From Ktedonobacterales bacterium (lineage in GTDB: Bacteria; Chloroflexota; Ktedonobacteria; Ktedonobacterales; JADMIN01), in the NCBI GenBank assembly GCA_030167145.1, contig CP126532.1, forward strand, positions 540,001-572,000: a stretch of DNA of 32,000 nucleotides, read 5' to 3'. Made by a program: the position numbers and the translations under genes. The notes below the pieces were generated by a model. That model was not told the origin of the DNA. It ran no database searches and saw only the letters and a program-made list of their open reading frames with translations. Positions within the stretch are counted from its first letter, which is position 1. Every line of letters begins with the position of its first letter. Below are positions 1-8,693 of the stretch, piece after piece.

Positions 1-1478
1 CAGCGCTTCAGGTGGTAGCGCAGGCATGGCTCGCTTGGCGCTGCGCTGGGCGGCAGGCTGCGCGTGCAGGTGCGAATGGGGAAGACTTTCTGGATCAGTT
101 CGATAGTCGCGTCCACGATGCGCCCGCTACGGAACGGGCCAAAGTAGCGTGCGCCGTCGGCGCTCACGTCGCGGGTGGCGTAGAATCGCGGATAGGGATG
201 CTGCACATCCACTTTGATGAATGGATAATGCTCGTAGTTGCGAAGCTGAACGTTGTAGCGTGGTTGAAGCTGCTTGATGAGCTGCGATTCCACCAGCAGC
301 GCTTCAAGTTCCGAGCCGAGGGTACGGGTCTCGATGGCGCGGACATTCTGCAACAGGCCGTCCATCTTGCGCGTGTACCCTAGCGGCTGGCTGTAATACG
401 AGGCGAGCCGGTCGCGCAGGCATTTGGCCTTGCCAACGTAGATCACCTCGCCTGATTCGTCTTTCATCAAATAGACGCCGGGCTGCGTGGGAAACGACTG
501 GCGCCACGCGGGATTGAGATACATTCTGCCGGTTGGGCGTGGCGCAGGCAGACTTTCACGGCGGTCGGGAGCGACACCATCCAGCACACGGTAGAGATCG
601 GCGAGCGTCTCGCAGCCCTCCTCACGGGCGCGGGCCAGCAGCAGAACGAAAACTCTGGCGGTGACGCGCGCATCAGGCAGGGCACGGTGACGGTCGCGCG
701 TGGGGATATGCAGCGCGGCGGCGACGCGGTCGAGGCTGGCGCGGCGCATGCCCGTCAGATAGCGGCGGGCGAGGGCAATGGTATCCACACCTTCCAGCGC
801 GAAGGCAGGGGAAATGCCACAGCGGTCGGCCTCGAAGTTGAGAAAACTGAGGTCGAAACCGATGTTGTGGCCGACGATGGGCCGCTGGCCGATGAAGTCG
901 CGTAGCTCTGGCAGCACCCTGGCAGCGGTGCGTGACCGGCGTACCATGGCTTCGCTGATGCCAGTGAACTTCGTGATAAATTGGGGGATGTGGCGTTCGG
1001 GATTGAGCAACCGCGAGTAGGTGACACCCAGCTCGCCGCCGCGCACCAGCACCACTCCAGCCTCGATTACCCGGTGACGACCCGGCGCAAGTCCTGTCGT
1101 TTCCACGTCCAGCACGGCGAATTCGACATCATCCAGGCTGAGCGCGGTGGCGTCCCAGGCGGTCAGCGCCCAGAAGCCGTCATCCGTTTGGGTGAAGAGC
1201 GGCGACGGACGAAGCAGTTGCTCAAGCATGCGCTCCCAGGGCGAGGCCAGGCCCGCTGGCAGCGCCACACCACCGAAGACATGGCGTGCGAGTTCGGCAC
1301 TAGCCAGGGGGGTATTCTGCGCCAAAAGCAGGTCGCGGGCGCGCGAGAGCAGTTCCCCTCCCTGCGCCGGTGCGGTATTATAGGGCGAAGCGATGTCCGC
1401 CGCTGGGCGTTCGTCGAACTCGTCATCGAGCGCATCCGCGTCGCCTGTGGGGCGCGGGCCGCGTGTCTGGCTGGACAT
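1..1478 (-). CDS. DEDDh (DnaQ-like) 3'-5' exonuclease fused to a GIY-YIG (UvrC/Cho-like) nuclease; the 3' end runs off the window
   Basis: Absent from the ORF track because there is no stop inside the window. My translation of the minus strand from the ATG (complement of 1476-1478) stays open to position 1. It shows FAVLDVETTGL (Exo I), IVGHNIGFDLSFL (Exo II) and HRALPDARVTARVF (Exo III), then GVYLMKDESGEVIYVGKAKCLRDRLASYY...LGSELEALLVESQLIKQLQPRYN (GIY-YIG). Plus-strand ORFs 12..383, 687..905, 778..1020 and the first 618 nt of 981..2603 are antisense to it. Confidence 0.85.
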   Translation of the reverse strand, partial: MSSQTRGPRPTGDADALDDEFDERPAADIASPYNTAPAQGGELLSRARDLLLAQNTPLASAELARHVFGGVALPAGLASPWERMLEQLLRPSPLFTQTDDGFWALTAWDATALSLDDVEFAVLDVETTGLAPGRHRVIEAGVVLVRGGELGVTYSRLLNPERHIPQFITKFTGISEAMVRRSRTAARVLPELRDFIGQRPIVGHNIGFDLSFLNFEADRCGISPAFALEGVDTIALARRYLTGMRRASLDRVAAALHIPTRDRHRALPDARVTARVFVLLLARAREEGCETLADLYRVLDGVAPDRRESLPAPRPTGRMYLNPAWRQSFPTQPGVYLMKDESGEVIYVGKAKCLRDRLASYYSQPLGYTRKMDGLLQNVRAIETRTLGSELEALLVESQLIKQLQPRYNVQLRNYEHYPFIKVDVQHPYPRFYATRDVSADGARYFGPFRSGRIVDATIELIQKVFPIRTCTRSLPPSAAPSEPCLRYHLKR

Positions 1479-1598
1479 CTGAAGCCTGTCCTTCCCGCGA
1501 CACTGCCGGGAGAATCGGGTCGCGGTGGGATGGAGCATAGCACAGGCGTTCGAGAGCGTCAACGAATCGGGCATTTTGAGAGTTGGAGGACCGGCTGG

Positions 1599-2603
1599 AT
1601 GGAGTTGCGCGAGATAACCAATGAGGCGGCATGGGATGCGCTGGTGGCGGGGCATCCATATGGGCATCCGTTGCAGTGCTGGGGTTGGGGCGAGGTCAAG
1701 CGACACTCAGGATGGCGCGCGTACCGGTTCGCCGTCTTCGCGGGTGAGACATTTCGCGCGGGGGCGCAGGTGCTGACGCGCCCATTCCCTGGCGTGCCGC
1801 TGGCGATGACCTACGCGCCGCGTGGTCCGGTTGCCCAGCCAGACGATGAAGAGACATTACGTACACTGGCAGAAGGGCTGCGCAAGCACGCGGCAACGCA
1901 GCACGCCATCTTCTGCAAGGTGGACCCGGCGTGGTCGGTAGGCACACCACATGCATTGCGCGAGGTGGGATTCCAGTCCGCCGCCGAAGGTGTGCAGGTG
2001 GTGGATACCTACACCATTGACCTGCGCCAGCCAGAGGAGGCGATCCTGGCCAACATGCGCTCGAAGACTCGACAATATATTCGCAAGGCGGAGCGTGAGG
2101 GCACCGATATTGTCCGCGACACGACTGGCGAGTATGTCGCCGCATGCTATGGCATCTACGAAGAGACGGCGAAGCGCGCGCAGTTCGGACTGCACCCGCG
2201 CTCGTACTACGAAGACTTGTTCCGGCTGTTTCCGACTGATAGGCAGTACCTCTACGTCGCGCGGCGCGAAGGCACGCCGCTCTCGTTCCTCTGGATGGTC
2301 TGCGCTGGCCGGCAGGCAGTGGAGTTCTATGGCGGCGTGGCCAACGCGGGACAGGAGTGGAAGAGCAACTATCTGCTCAAGTGGCACGCCATTCGTGAGA
2401 TGAAGGCGGCGGGCTACGAGTTGTATGATCTCAACGGGCGCGTCCACGAGGGTATCAAGCAGTTCAAAGAAGGCTATGGCCCGCAGGACACCGACTGGAT
2501 CGGCCCATTCGACGCGGTCTATCACCCGATGCTCTACGCAGGATGGACACGTGGACTGCCGCTGGCACGCCGTATCGCGCGCCGCAGCGGTGACGGCGAG
2601 TAG
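1599..2603 (+). CDS. FemAB/FemX-family peptidyl/aminoacyl transferase (peptidoglycan bridge-formation type)
   Basis: This is the C-terminal 334 aa of track ORF 981..2603. The ATG at 1599 is preceded by GGAGGA (1585-1590). The sequence MELREITNEAAWDALV...HPLQCWGWGEVK...MRSKTRQYIRKAEREG...YGGVANAGQEWKSNYLLKWHAIREMKAAGYELYDLNG is typical of the FemAB family. The upstream part of the track ORF overlaps the minus-strand nuclease gene and looks non-coding. Confidence 0.8.
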   Translation: MELREITNEAAWDALVAGHPYGHPLQCWGWGEVKRHSGWRAYRFAVFAGETFRAGAQVLTRPFPGVPLAMTYAPRGPVAQPDDEETLRTLAEGLRKHAATQHAIFCKVDPAWSVGTPHALREVGFQSAAEGVQVVDTYTIDLRQPEEAILANMRSKTRQYIRKAEREGTDIVRDTTGEYVAACYGIYEETAKRAQFGLHPRSYYEDLFRLFPTDRQYLYVARREGTPLSFLWMVCAGRQAVEFYGGVANAGQEWKSNYLLKWHAIREMKAAGYELYDLNGRVHEGIKQFKEGYGPQDTDWIGPFDAVYHPMLYAGWTRGLPLARRIARRSGDGE

Positions 2604-2705
2604 TCCGCCCAACTGGGTAGGCAGACAGAAATGTCCGCCCCACCGGTAAGAAGGCGGCAAGGCGTCCCAGTGGCGTTACTGGCCCAACTACGTGCGCGTC
2701 AGCAG

Positions 2706-2734
2706 TTACAGAAGGGGCATGACGCTCATATATC
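2706..2734 (+). promoter_or_regulatory. Possible sigma-70-type promoter for the GT4 gene (TTACAG-17-TATATC)
   Basis: TTACAG at 2706-2711, a 17-nt spacer, then TATATC at 2729-2734, lying in the 141-nt gap after the FemAB-like gene. Confidence 0.3.
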
Positions 2735-2765
2735 ACCATAGGATGTGAAACGCGAGGATTATGCC

Positions 2766-3950
2766 GTGTTGCATGTGGCGATTAACGCGCAATTGGTCTC
2801 GTTCGCAGAGAGTTACCGCAACGCGGGCGTGAGCCGCTACACCTATACGCTGCTGGAAGGATTGAGCGCAGAGCCAGGCGACCAGCACTACACCGCGTTC
2901 GTGAACGAGGCCGAGGCGCGAGCCGCCGCCAGCAGTCCGCTCGGCGTGTCGGGTGCGTTGCAACTGGTTGCGGGATCGTGGCGTACTGGCAATCCAGGGC
3001 GGCGCATTTTGTGGGAGCAGTTCGCGCTGCCGGGCGAGCTACGCCGCATCGGCGCGCAGGTCTTCCACTCCCCCGTGAATGTGCTACCCGCGCGGCTGCC
3101 GTGCGCGTCGGTGGTGACGGTCCATGACCTGGCCTTCGTGCATTATCCGCAATACTTTCGTCCGGCACGACGCATCTATCAGCGCACGTTCACGCGGCGT
3201 AGCGCACAGCACGCGACCCGTATCGTCGCCGTATCGGAGCATACGAAACGCGATCTCATCGAGCGGTTTGGCGCGCCGGAAGAGCGCGTGCGGGTGATCT
3301 ACCCAGCAATTGGCGCAGACTTCGCGCCTGTGACCGACAATGCGGAGCGTGCTGCGTTTCGCGCGCAGCACGGGCTACCAGAACGCTATGTGCTGTTTTT
3401 GGGCACGCTGGAGCCACGCAAGAACCTGCCGCTGCTGGTGGAGGCTTACGCGCGGTTGCGGTCGCTGGACGAGAACACACCGCCGCTGGTGCTGGCGGGG
3501 GGCAAGGGCTGGTATTATCAGACGATTTTCGACCGCATACGGGCACTGAACATGGAGCGGCACATCACCTTTGCGGGCTATGTCGCACGCGAAGCACAGC
3601 GGTTGTGGTACGCTTGCGCTGAACTTTTCGTTTACCCTTCAGTGTATGAAGGATTTGGCTTGCCCGTTGTCGAAGCGCTCGCGTGTGGTACGCCGGTGAT
3701 CACCTCGAATGTTTCCAGCATGCCGGAGGCGGGCGGAACGCTGGCGATTCAGGTTGCGCCAGATGATGCGGACGCACTGGCACATGCCATGCGTGATGCA
3801 CTCGCAGACCCGCAACTTCGCGAGCGCACGCAACGCGAGGGAACCCGCTGGGCAGGCCAATTCTCGGTCGCGCGGATGGCGCAGGCATATGAGGCCATCT
3901 ATCGTGAAGCAGCGGCGGCTGGTGGGGGCCAGGGGAAGCGGGGAAGGTAG
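2766..3950 (+). CDS. Glycosyltransferase family 4 (GT-B, group 1)
   Basis: Track ORF 2745..3950. Contains the C-terminal GT4 signature FVYPSVYEGFGLPVVEALACGTPVITSNVSSMPEAGG. I prefer the GTG at 2766 (GAGGA at 2755-2759, 6-nt spacing), giving M-LHVAINAQL. The GTG at 2745 is the alternative start. Confidence 0.85.
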   Translation: MLHVAINAQLVSFAESYRNAGVSRYTYTLLEGLSAEPGDQHYTAFVNEAEARAAASSPLGVSGALQLVAGSWRTGNPGRRILWEQFALPGELRRIGAQVFHSPVNVLPARLPCASVVTVHDLAFVHYPQYFRPARRIYQRTFTRRSAQHATRIVAVSEHTKRDLIERFGAPEERVRVIYPAIGADFAPVTDNAERAAFRAQHGLPERYVLFLGTLEPRKNLPLLVEAYARLRSLDENTPPLVLAGGKGWYYQTIFDRIRALNMERHITFAGYVAREAQRLWYACAELFVYPSVYEGFGLPVVEALACGTPVITSNVSSMPEAGGTLAIQVAPDDADALAHAMRDALADPQLRERTQREGTRWAGQFSVARMAQAYEAIYREAAAAGGGQGKRGR

Positions 3951-3954
3951 CGCG

Positions 3955-5538
3955 GTGGATATCAATCAGCAACAGATACACGCGGCGGCGGACACCCCCG
4001 CGATAACGCATCCGAATCCGAACGCCAATCCGATGTGGCCAGTGGCGCAGGCACGCCCCGTGATGCCCGTCTACAGCGTGGAAGACCGGCTGCGACGGCG
4101 CAATCTGAGGCATAGCGCCGGGCGTATCGCGCTCTTCCTGATAGATGTGGTGATGGTAAATGCGGCATTCCTTGCAGCCTACTACCTGCGCTATGTCATC
4201 TTCCAGAATGTGCAATTCACTACACGCTTCGTCAACCAGCCACTGAGCGATTTCGAGATTTTCCAGATTGCGGTGGCGATAGGAGTACTGTTCACGTTCT
4301 GGGTCAAAGGACTGTATCGTCTGCGTTCGACCGGCAACTGGTTCCGGCAATTCTGGACCATCGCCTCGGCCACTACCATCGCCTACGCTGCTTTCTCGGC
4401 CTACACCTTCATCTTCCGCGAGACTGATCTCTTCGTCACGCAGACCCGCGCACTCGTCGCTTTCACCTGGGTAACGATAATCGTGCTGGTGAGCCTCTCG
4501 CGCCTGGTCATCTCCGGCGTGCTCACGTTCCTCTACAAGCGCGGCATCGGCCTCTCGAATGTGCTGGTGGTAGGGTCAGGCCGCCTGGGCAAGCTGATGA
4601 TGCAGCAGATTGCGGCCAGCCCGCACCTGGGCTACCATGTGGTCGGCTTCGTCTATGACCTTGACGGCGAGGATGCGGACTTCGGGCGCTTCAAGGCGCT
4701 GGGGCCAATCAACCAACTGGACGGCTATATCCGCCAGAATAAGGTCTCGGATGTGATCATCGCGCTGCCCTCGCACCAGCATCAGCAGATACTGCGCACC
4801 GTGCGCATTTGCGAGCGCGCGGGCGCCGATTTCAAGCTGGTGCCTGATCTCTACGAGTTGAGCCTCTCGCGCATAGATGTTGGCGCAATCGAAGGCATGC
4901 CGCTGATTGGCCTCAAGCGCAGCCTGACAGGCACGTGGCACTACCGCGTTAAGCGCGTGATAGACGTTCTCGGCGCTACCTCCATATTGGCTGTCTCCGC
5001 GCCGCTGTGGGGGCTGATCGCGCTCGCCATCAAGCTCGATTCCCCTGGTCCCGTGCTGTACAAACAGACACGGCTGGGCTATCGCGGTGAGCCATTTGGC
5101 TGCTACAAGTTCCGCTCGATGCACGTCAACGCCGACCGTATGGTAGAGAATATGCGCGTGGCAACGCCCGGCGACGAGCGCGGCAAGTTCAAGCTGCGCC
5201 ATGACCCGCGCCGGACGCGTGTAGGCCGCGTGATTCGCGGCGCCAGCCTGGACGAGTTGCCCCAGTTTCTCAACGTGCTGAAGGGGCAGATGAGCCTGGT
5301 TGGCCCACGTCCGCCGCTGCCCACCGAATACGAACGCTATGAAGACTGGGAGAAAGCGCGGCTGGAGATGCCACCTGGCATCACAGGAGTGTGGCAGGTG
5401 CGTGGCCGCAGCGATATTGACTTCAATGAGATGGTGCTGATGGACCTCTACTACATCGAAAACTGGAGCCTCCGTCTGGACTTCCAACTGCTGCTCCAGA
5501 CAGTACCAGCCGTACTCAGCCGGCGTGGCGCATATTAA
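3955..5538 (+). CDS. Polyprenyl-phosphate hexose-1-phosphate transferase (WbaP/WcaJ-type initiating sugar transferase)
   Basis: In frame with track ORF 3709..5538. The GTG at 3955 lies 4 nt after the upstream stop, behind a purine-rich tract (GGGGAAGCGGGGAAGG). It has N-terminal TM helices. The C-terminal bacterial sugar transferase domain reads KRVIDVLGATSILAVSAPLW...PVLYKQTRLG...FKFRSM...DELPQFLNVLKGQMSLVGPRPP...ITGVWQV. Confidence 0.85.
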   Translation: MDINQQQIHAAADTPAITHPNPNANPMWPVAQARPVMPVYSVEDRLRRRNLRHSAGRIALFLIDVVMVNAAFLAAYYLRYVIFQNVQFTTRFVNQPLSDFEIFQIAVAIGVLFTFWVKGLYRLRSTGNWFRQFWTIASATTIAYAAFSAYTFIFRETDLFVTQTRALVAFTWVTIIVLVSLSRLVISGVLTFLYKRGIGLSNVLVVGSGRLGKLMMQQIAASPHLGYHVVGFVYDLDGEDADFGRFKALGPINQLDGYIRQNKVSDVIIALPSHQHQQILRTVRICERAGADFKLVPDLYELSLSRIDVGAIEGMPLIGLKRSLTGTWHYRVKRVIDVLGATSILAVSAPLWGLIALAIKLDSPGPVLYKQTRLGYRGEPFGCYKFRSMHVNADRMVENMRVATPGDERGKFKLRHDPRRTRVGRVIRGASLDELPQFLNVLKGQMSLVGPRPPLPTEYERYEDWEKARLEMPPGITGVWQVRGRSDIDFNEMVLMDLYYIENWSLRLDFQLLLQTVPAVLSRRGAY

Positions 5539-5583
5539 CCGCTCGTTCGATTCTCATTTCGTCTCTCGCGTAGGAGCCATCAC

Positions 5584-6735
5584 GTGCGTGTTGCCCTGGT
5601 TCATGACTACCTCAATCAGATGGGCGGAGCGGAGAAAGTGCTGCTCTCCCTCCACAATCTCTATCCCCAAGCGCCGATTTATACCTCGATCTATGAACAA
5701 TCGCGCGTGGATAAGCGTTTCCGCACGATGGATCTTCGCACCAGCTTCTTGCAGCGGATGCCCCTCGTGAAGCGCCACCACCAGCCCTTCCTGCCACTCT
5801 TTCCGCTGGCTATCGAAAGCTTTGACCTGCGCGAATACGATCTGGTGATCAGCGACAGCAGCGCCTTTGCCAAAGGCATCATCACGCGACCCGATGCGCT
5901 CCACATCTGCTACTGCCATACGCCAATGCGCTGGGCCTGGAACTACCAGGACTACGTGGAGCGCGAACGATTGGGCAGACTCGCGAGGACCATGTTGCCG
6001 CCGTTCATCACCTGGCTGCGCCAGTGGGATTATGCCACCGCCGCACGGGTAGACTACTTCATCGCCAACTCGCCGGTGGTGCAGGCGCGCATCGCCAAGT
6101 ATTACCGCCGCGAGTCGGCCTACATTCCGCCACCAGTGGATGCCTCGCGGTTCAATGTGGCAGCATCCCACGAAGACTACTTCCTGATCGTCTCGCGGCT
6201 CGTGCCCTACAAGCGCATTGATCTAGCGGTGCAGGCGTTCACACAGTTGGGGCTGCCGCTGCGCATCATCGGCGCTGGGCGCGACGAGGCGCGGCTCCGC
6301 AAGCTGGCAGGCAAGAATGTGCGCTTCATGGGACGGCTGAGCGACGCAGACGTACGCCAGCAGATGGCGGGCTGCCGTGCGTTCCTCTTCCCCGGAGAGG
6401 AGGATTTCGGCATCACGCCGCTGGAAGCACAGGCCAGTGGGCGCCCAGTGATCGCCTACGGCGCGGGCGGCGCGCGGGCAACCATCGTGCCGGGCGTTAC
6501 TGGTCTCTTCTTCGACACGCAAACACCCCAGGCGCTAGCCGATGCAGTGCGCGCGTTCCGCGACGAGGACTTCGACCCACAGACGATCCGCCGCCATGCC
6601 GAAGAGTTCAGTGAAGAACGCTTCGCGCGCCAGATGACCGCATTCGTCGAGGCACGTGTGGCCAGTCATCCGCTGCTATCGCGGCTCGCCGGACTGGGCT
6701 TCCAGGATCCGCGCGCACTTGAGGCGCAGTCATAG
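5584..6735 (+). CDS. Glycosyltransferase family 4
   Basis: GTG start with GTAGGAG at 5570-5576. N-terminus MRVALVHDYLNQMGGAEKVLL. The C-terminal motif is FLFPGEEDFGITPLEAQASGRPVIAYGAGGA. It is the last gene of the plus-strand operon. Confidence 0.85.
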   Translation: MRVALVHDYLNQMGGAEKVLLSLHNLYPQAPIYTSIYEQSRVDKRFRTMDLRTSFLQRMPLVKRHHQPFLPLFPLAIESFDLREYDLVISDSSAFAKGIITRPDALHICYCHTPMRWAWNYQDYVERERLGRLARTMLPPFITWLRQWDYATAARVDYFIANSPVVQARIAKYYRRESAYIPPPVDASRFNVAASHEDYFLIVSRLVPYKRIDLAVQAFTQLGLPLRIIGAGRDEARLRKLAGKNVRFMGRLSDADVRQQMAGCRAFLFPGEEDFGITPLEAQASGRPVIAYGAGGARATIVPGVTGLFFDTQTPQALADAVRAFRDEDFDPQTIRRHAEEFSEERFARQMTAFVEARVASHPLLSRLAGLGFQDPRALEAQS

Positions 6736-6755
6736 GTGGCCATCCATCCACGTAC

Positions 6756-6790
6756 GAAGAGGGCCACGTGCGTGGCCCTCTTCTGTTCTA
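6756..6790. terminator. Hairpin terminator between convergent genes
   Basis: GAAGAGGGCCAC (6756-6767), loop GTGC, GTGGCCCTCTTC (6772-6783): a perfect 12-bp stem followed by TGTTCT. It lies between the stops at 6735 (+) and 6839 (-). Confidence 0.7.
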
Positions 6791-6838
6791 GTTGAACGAT
6801 GTTTCTAGAAGCGATGTTTCGGGCTTCAGGAATCGCAG

Positions 6839-8497
6839 CTACTCGCCAGGTTTCTGGCTCTGCCGCCGCGCTTGAGACTCGCGATGCAGTTGCTCACGCA
6901 AGCGTTGCCGGACTGGCTCCGGATCCTCATTGGGATCAATCAGCGCTTCGGCGGTAGCCTCGTCCACCACTTTACCATCTTCCACCACTTGAATTGTCTC
7001 GCGAATGCGCCGCTTCAGCCGATGCGGAGACGCGGACTCCCCGACGGACGCTGGCGCAGGCGCACCAGAGGTCGCCGATTCCATCGGCGTCTCATGATGT
7101 ACGAGCGCCTCAGCGGCGGCGACGCCACCCAGCGCCAGCGCTCCGGCGAGCGGCGCCTGCGACGGCTCAGGTTGCGGGGCGGGCGTGCTGTATGCAGCGA
7201 CTGGCGCAACGACTGGCGTCTCGCTGGGAGTTGGTGGAATATCCGCCAATGAGATCGTCGGCGGCACATAGGACGTAGCAGCGACTGGCTCGCCTCCATG
7301 TTCCTGCGCGGCTTCGGCGAACATTGGAGCGGGTGCGCCCGCAGCAGCGCTGCTCGCCACTTCAGGAACCATGAACAGCAACGCATCATCGGTGGCAGGC
7401 TGTGGCGCTGGCTCGGACTGCGACGTGCTGCTGGTCTCTGGCAGCGCTACATACTGCGGCGTTGCATCCACCAGCGCGATATCAGCCACTGGCAGCACGC
7501 TGGTTGCAAGTCCCAAGTCCGTAGTATCGCGCACACCGCTCACCGCGAACGGATCTTCCGCCTCTCGCGGAGCCACGGACGCCGCGACAGCGCTCGCTGC
7601 CAGCGCGTCCTCAGCAAAGTGAACCGGCGGACGATCTGGCCAGGTGGACGCCTCGGCTTCGGTCGCCGTGGGTGGTGTCTCTGGCGCGGTAGGCGCCTCC
7701 GTCACCAGTGGCGAAGTCGTCTCATCGGGCATCGGCCAGACTGGTGGCTCGGTGGGCGCCGCCTCACTGGCCGCATCTGTCGCCGCGCCCGCTGTCTCTT
7801 CTGGCGCGGTCATATGATGTGTCTCAAGGCTATCGGTCACACTGTAGGCCGTCTCATCATGCGTGCGTGTCACGATGTCACGCATGGCCGCCCCACCTGC
7901 CAGTGCGGCAGCCGCTGCGGGTATTTCCTCGGTGGCGCTCCAGTGCCGCGGCTGATCGGAATGCTGTTCTGCCGCGCTGTGATCCTGCGCTGGCTCATCG
8001 CTAATCCGCGTTACCGTCGTCGCTTCATATGTGGCCGCGCCTGCCGCTGGCGCTGCCGTGTCGTGCTCCAGTTCTGCCAGCTTCGCACGCGCCTGCGTCT
8101 CCACGGTCTTGTCGGCCAGCAACTCCTTCGAGATGATCTGCTCGGCAAGCGTCAAGTTGTGGCTACCGACCTCGCTATCAATGCGGAACAGGTCGAGCAG
8201 CCACCAGATCAGCGCAATCAGCAGGAATGGCAGCGCGATGATCGCCACGATGGCAATGTTGATGTTGGCCAGCAGTCCCCCAACCACGATTACGGCAATC
8301 GCGGCAGGCAGCACCAGGTGCAAAAAGCCGCTGCGCCACTGATGTAGATAAAAGCGATGCGCCCCAAAAATACCCAGGAAAAAGCAGAAAAGAAATACCG
8401 CCGTCTCATTTTCGGCATGCGCCGAATACGCTTTCTTGACCGCTTCTTGTTGCTGGGGAGTGAGATGGGCGGCGAGGCGGGTAATATCCACGCTCAT
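6839..8497 (-). CDS. TM2-domain membrane protein with a long low-complexity acidic/proline-rich C-terminal region
   Basis: The N-terminus contains FLFCFFLGIFGAHRFYLHQWRSGFLHLVL followed by a second hydrophobic helix, which is the TM2 domain pattern. Residues from about 115 to 490 are dominated by A/P/T/E/S/D with no recognisable fold. The last ~60 aa are highly charged. Confidence 0.75.
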   Translation of the reverse strand: MSVDITRLAAHLTPQQQEAVKKAYSAHAENETAVFLFCFFLGIFGAHRFYLHQWRSGFLHLVLPAAIAVIVVGGLLANINIAIVAIIALPFLLIALIWWLLDLFRIDSEVGSHNLTLAEQIISKELLADKTVETQARAKLAELEHDTAAPAAGAATYEATTVTRISDEPAQDHSAAEQHSDQPRHWSATEEIPAAAAALAGGAAMRDIVTRTHDETAYSVTDSLETHHMTAPEETAGAATDAASEAAPTEPPVWPMPDETTSPLVTEAPTAPETPPTATEAEASTWPDRPPVHFAEDALAASAVAASVAPREAEDPFAVSGVRDTTDLGLATSVLPVADIALVDATPQYVALPETSSTSQSEPAPQPATDDALLFMVPEVASSAAAGAPAPMFAEAAQEHGGEPVAATSYVPPTISLADIPPTPSETPVVAPVAAYSTPAPQPEPSQAPLAGALALGGVAAAEALVHHETPMESATSGAPAPASVGESASPHRLKRRIRETIQVVEDGKVVDEATAEALIDPNEDPEPVRQRLREQLHRESQARRQSQKPGE

Positions 8498-8628
8498 ACG
8501 TCTGACAACTCCCTTCTAATTGGCTCAATCCCGCAGGCGTCATCATTTCGTACAGATCGCCAGCGCCAATATGAACGCCTGGAAGATATACGCCGCGACG
8601 CCGTAATAAGCTGGTTTGCTCACACGCC

Positions 8629-8657
8629 AGATTAGCATAGGAAACCCCCGCCGTCAA
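8629..8657 (-). promoter_or_regulatory. Possible sigma-70-type promoter for the TM2 gene (TTGACG-17-TAATCT on the minus strand)
   Basis: Reverse complement reads TTGACG (8652-8657), a 17-nt spacer, then TAATCT (8629-8634). Confidence 0.35.
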
Positions 8658-8693
8658 TTTTCCGCGGCGCATGCGCCATATACGACAGCGCGC

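Noticed and set aside
981-1598. N-terminal 206 codons of the 540-aa track ORF 981..2603
   Set aside because: This part is antisense to a clearly real DEDD/GIY-YIG gene, has an Arg/Gly-rich composition unlike real protein, and lacks a ribosome-binding site. The FemAB homology starts only at the ATG at 1599, which has a GGAGGA Shine-Dalgarno.
1479-1598. Possible LexA/SOS operator between the nuclease and FemAB-like genes (GTTCGAGAGCGTCAACGAAT)
   Set aside because: It is not a true palindrome and does not fit the CGAAC-N4-GTTCG type box. The half-sites are in the wrong orientation and spacing.
3709-3954. Upstream extension of the sugar-transferase ORF overlapping the GT4 gene
   Set aside because: It overlaps the conserved C-terminus of the GT4 protein in another frame. 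The GTG at 3955, 4 nt after the GT4 stop and behind a purine-rich tract, is the plausible coupled start.
7027-8155. Possible tandem repeat array or CRISPR-like periodicity in the Ala/Pro-rich region
   Set aside because: The compositional bias is at the protein level only. I found no exact nucleotide repeat unit or regular spacing, and the region is in frame with the TM2 N-terminus.
8357-8672. Track ORFs 8357..8635 (+) and 8406..8672 (-) in the TM2/tRNA intergenic region
   Set aside because: They overlap the TM2 gene start and its predicted promoter and 5' UTR. Neither has a Shine-Dalgarno sequence or recognisable motifs, and the codon bias is unlike neighbouring genes.
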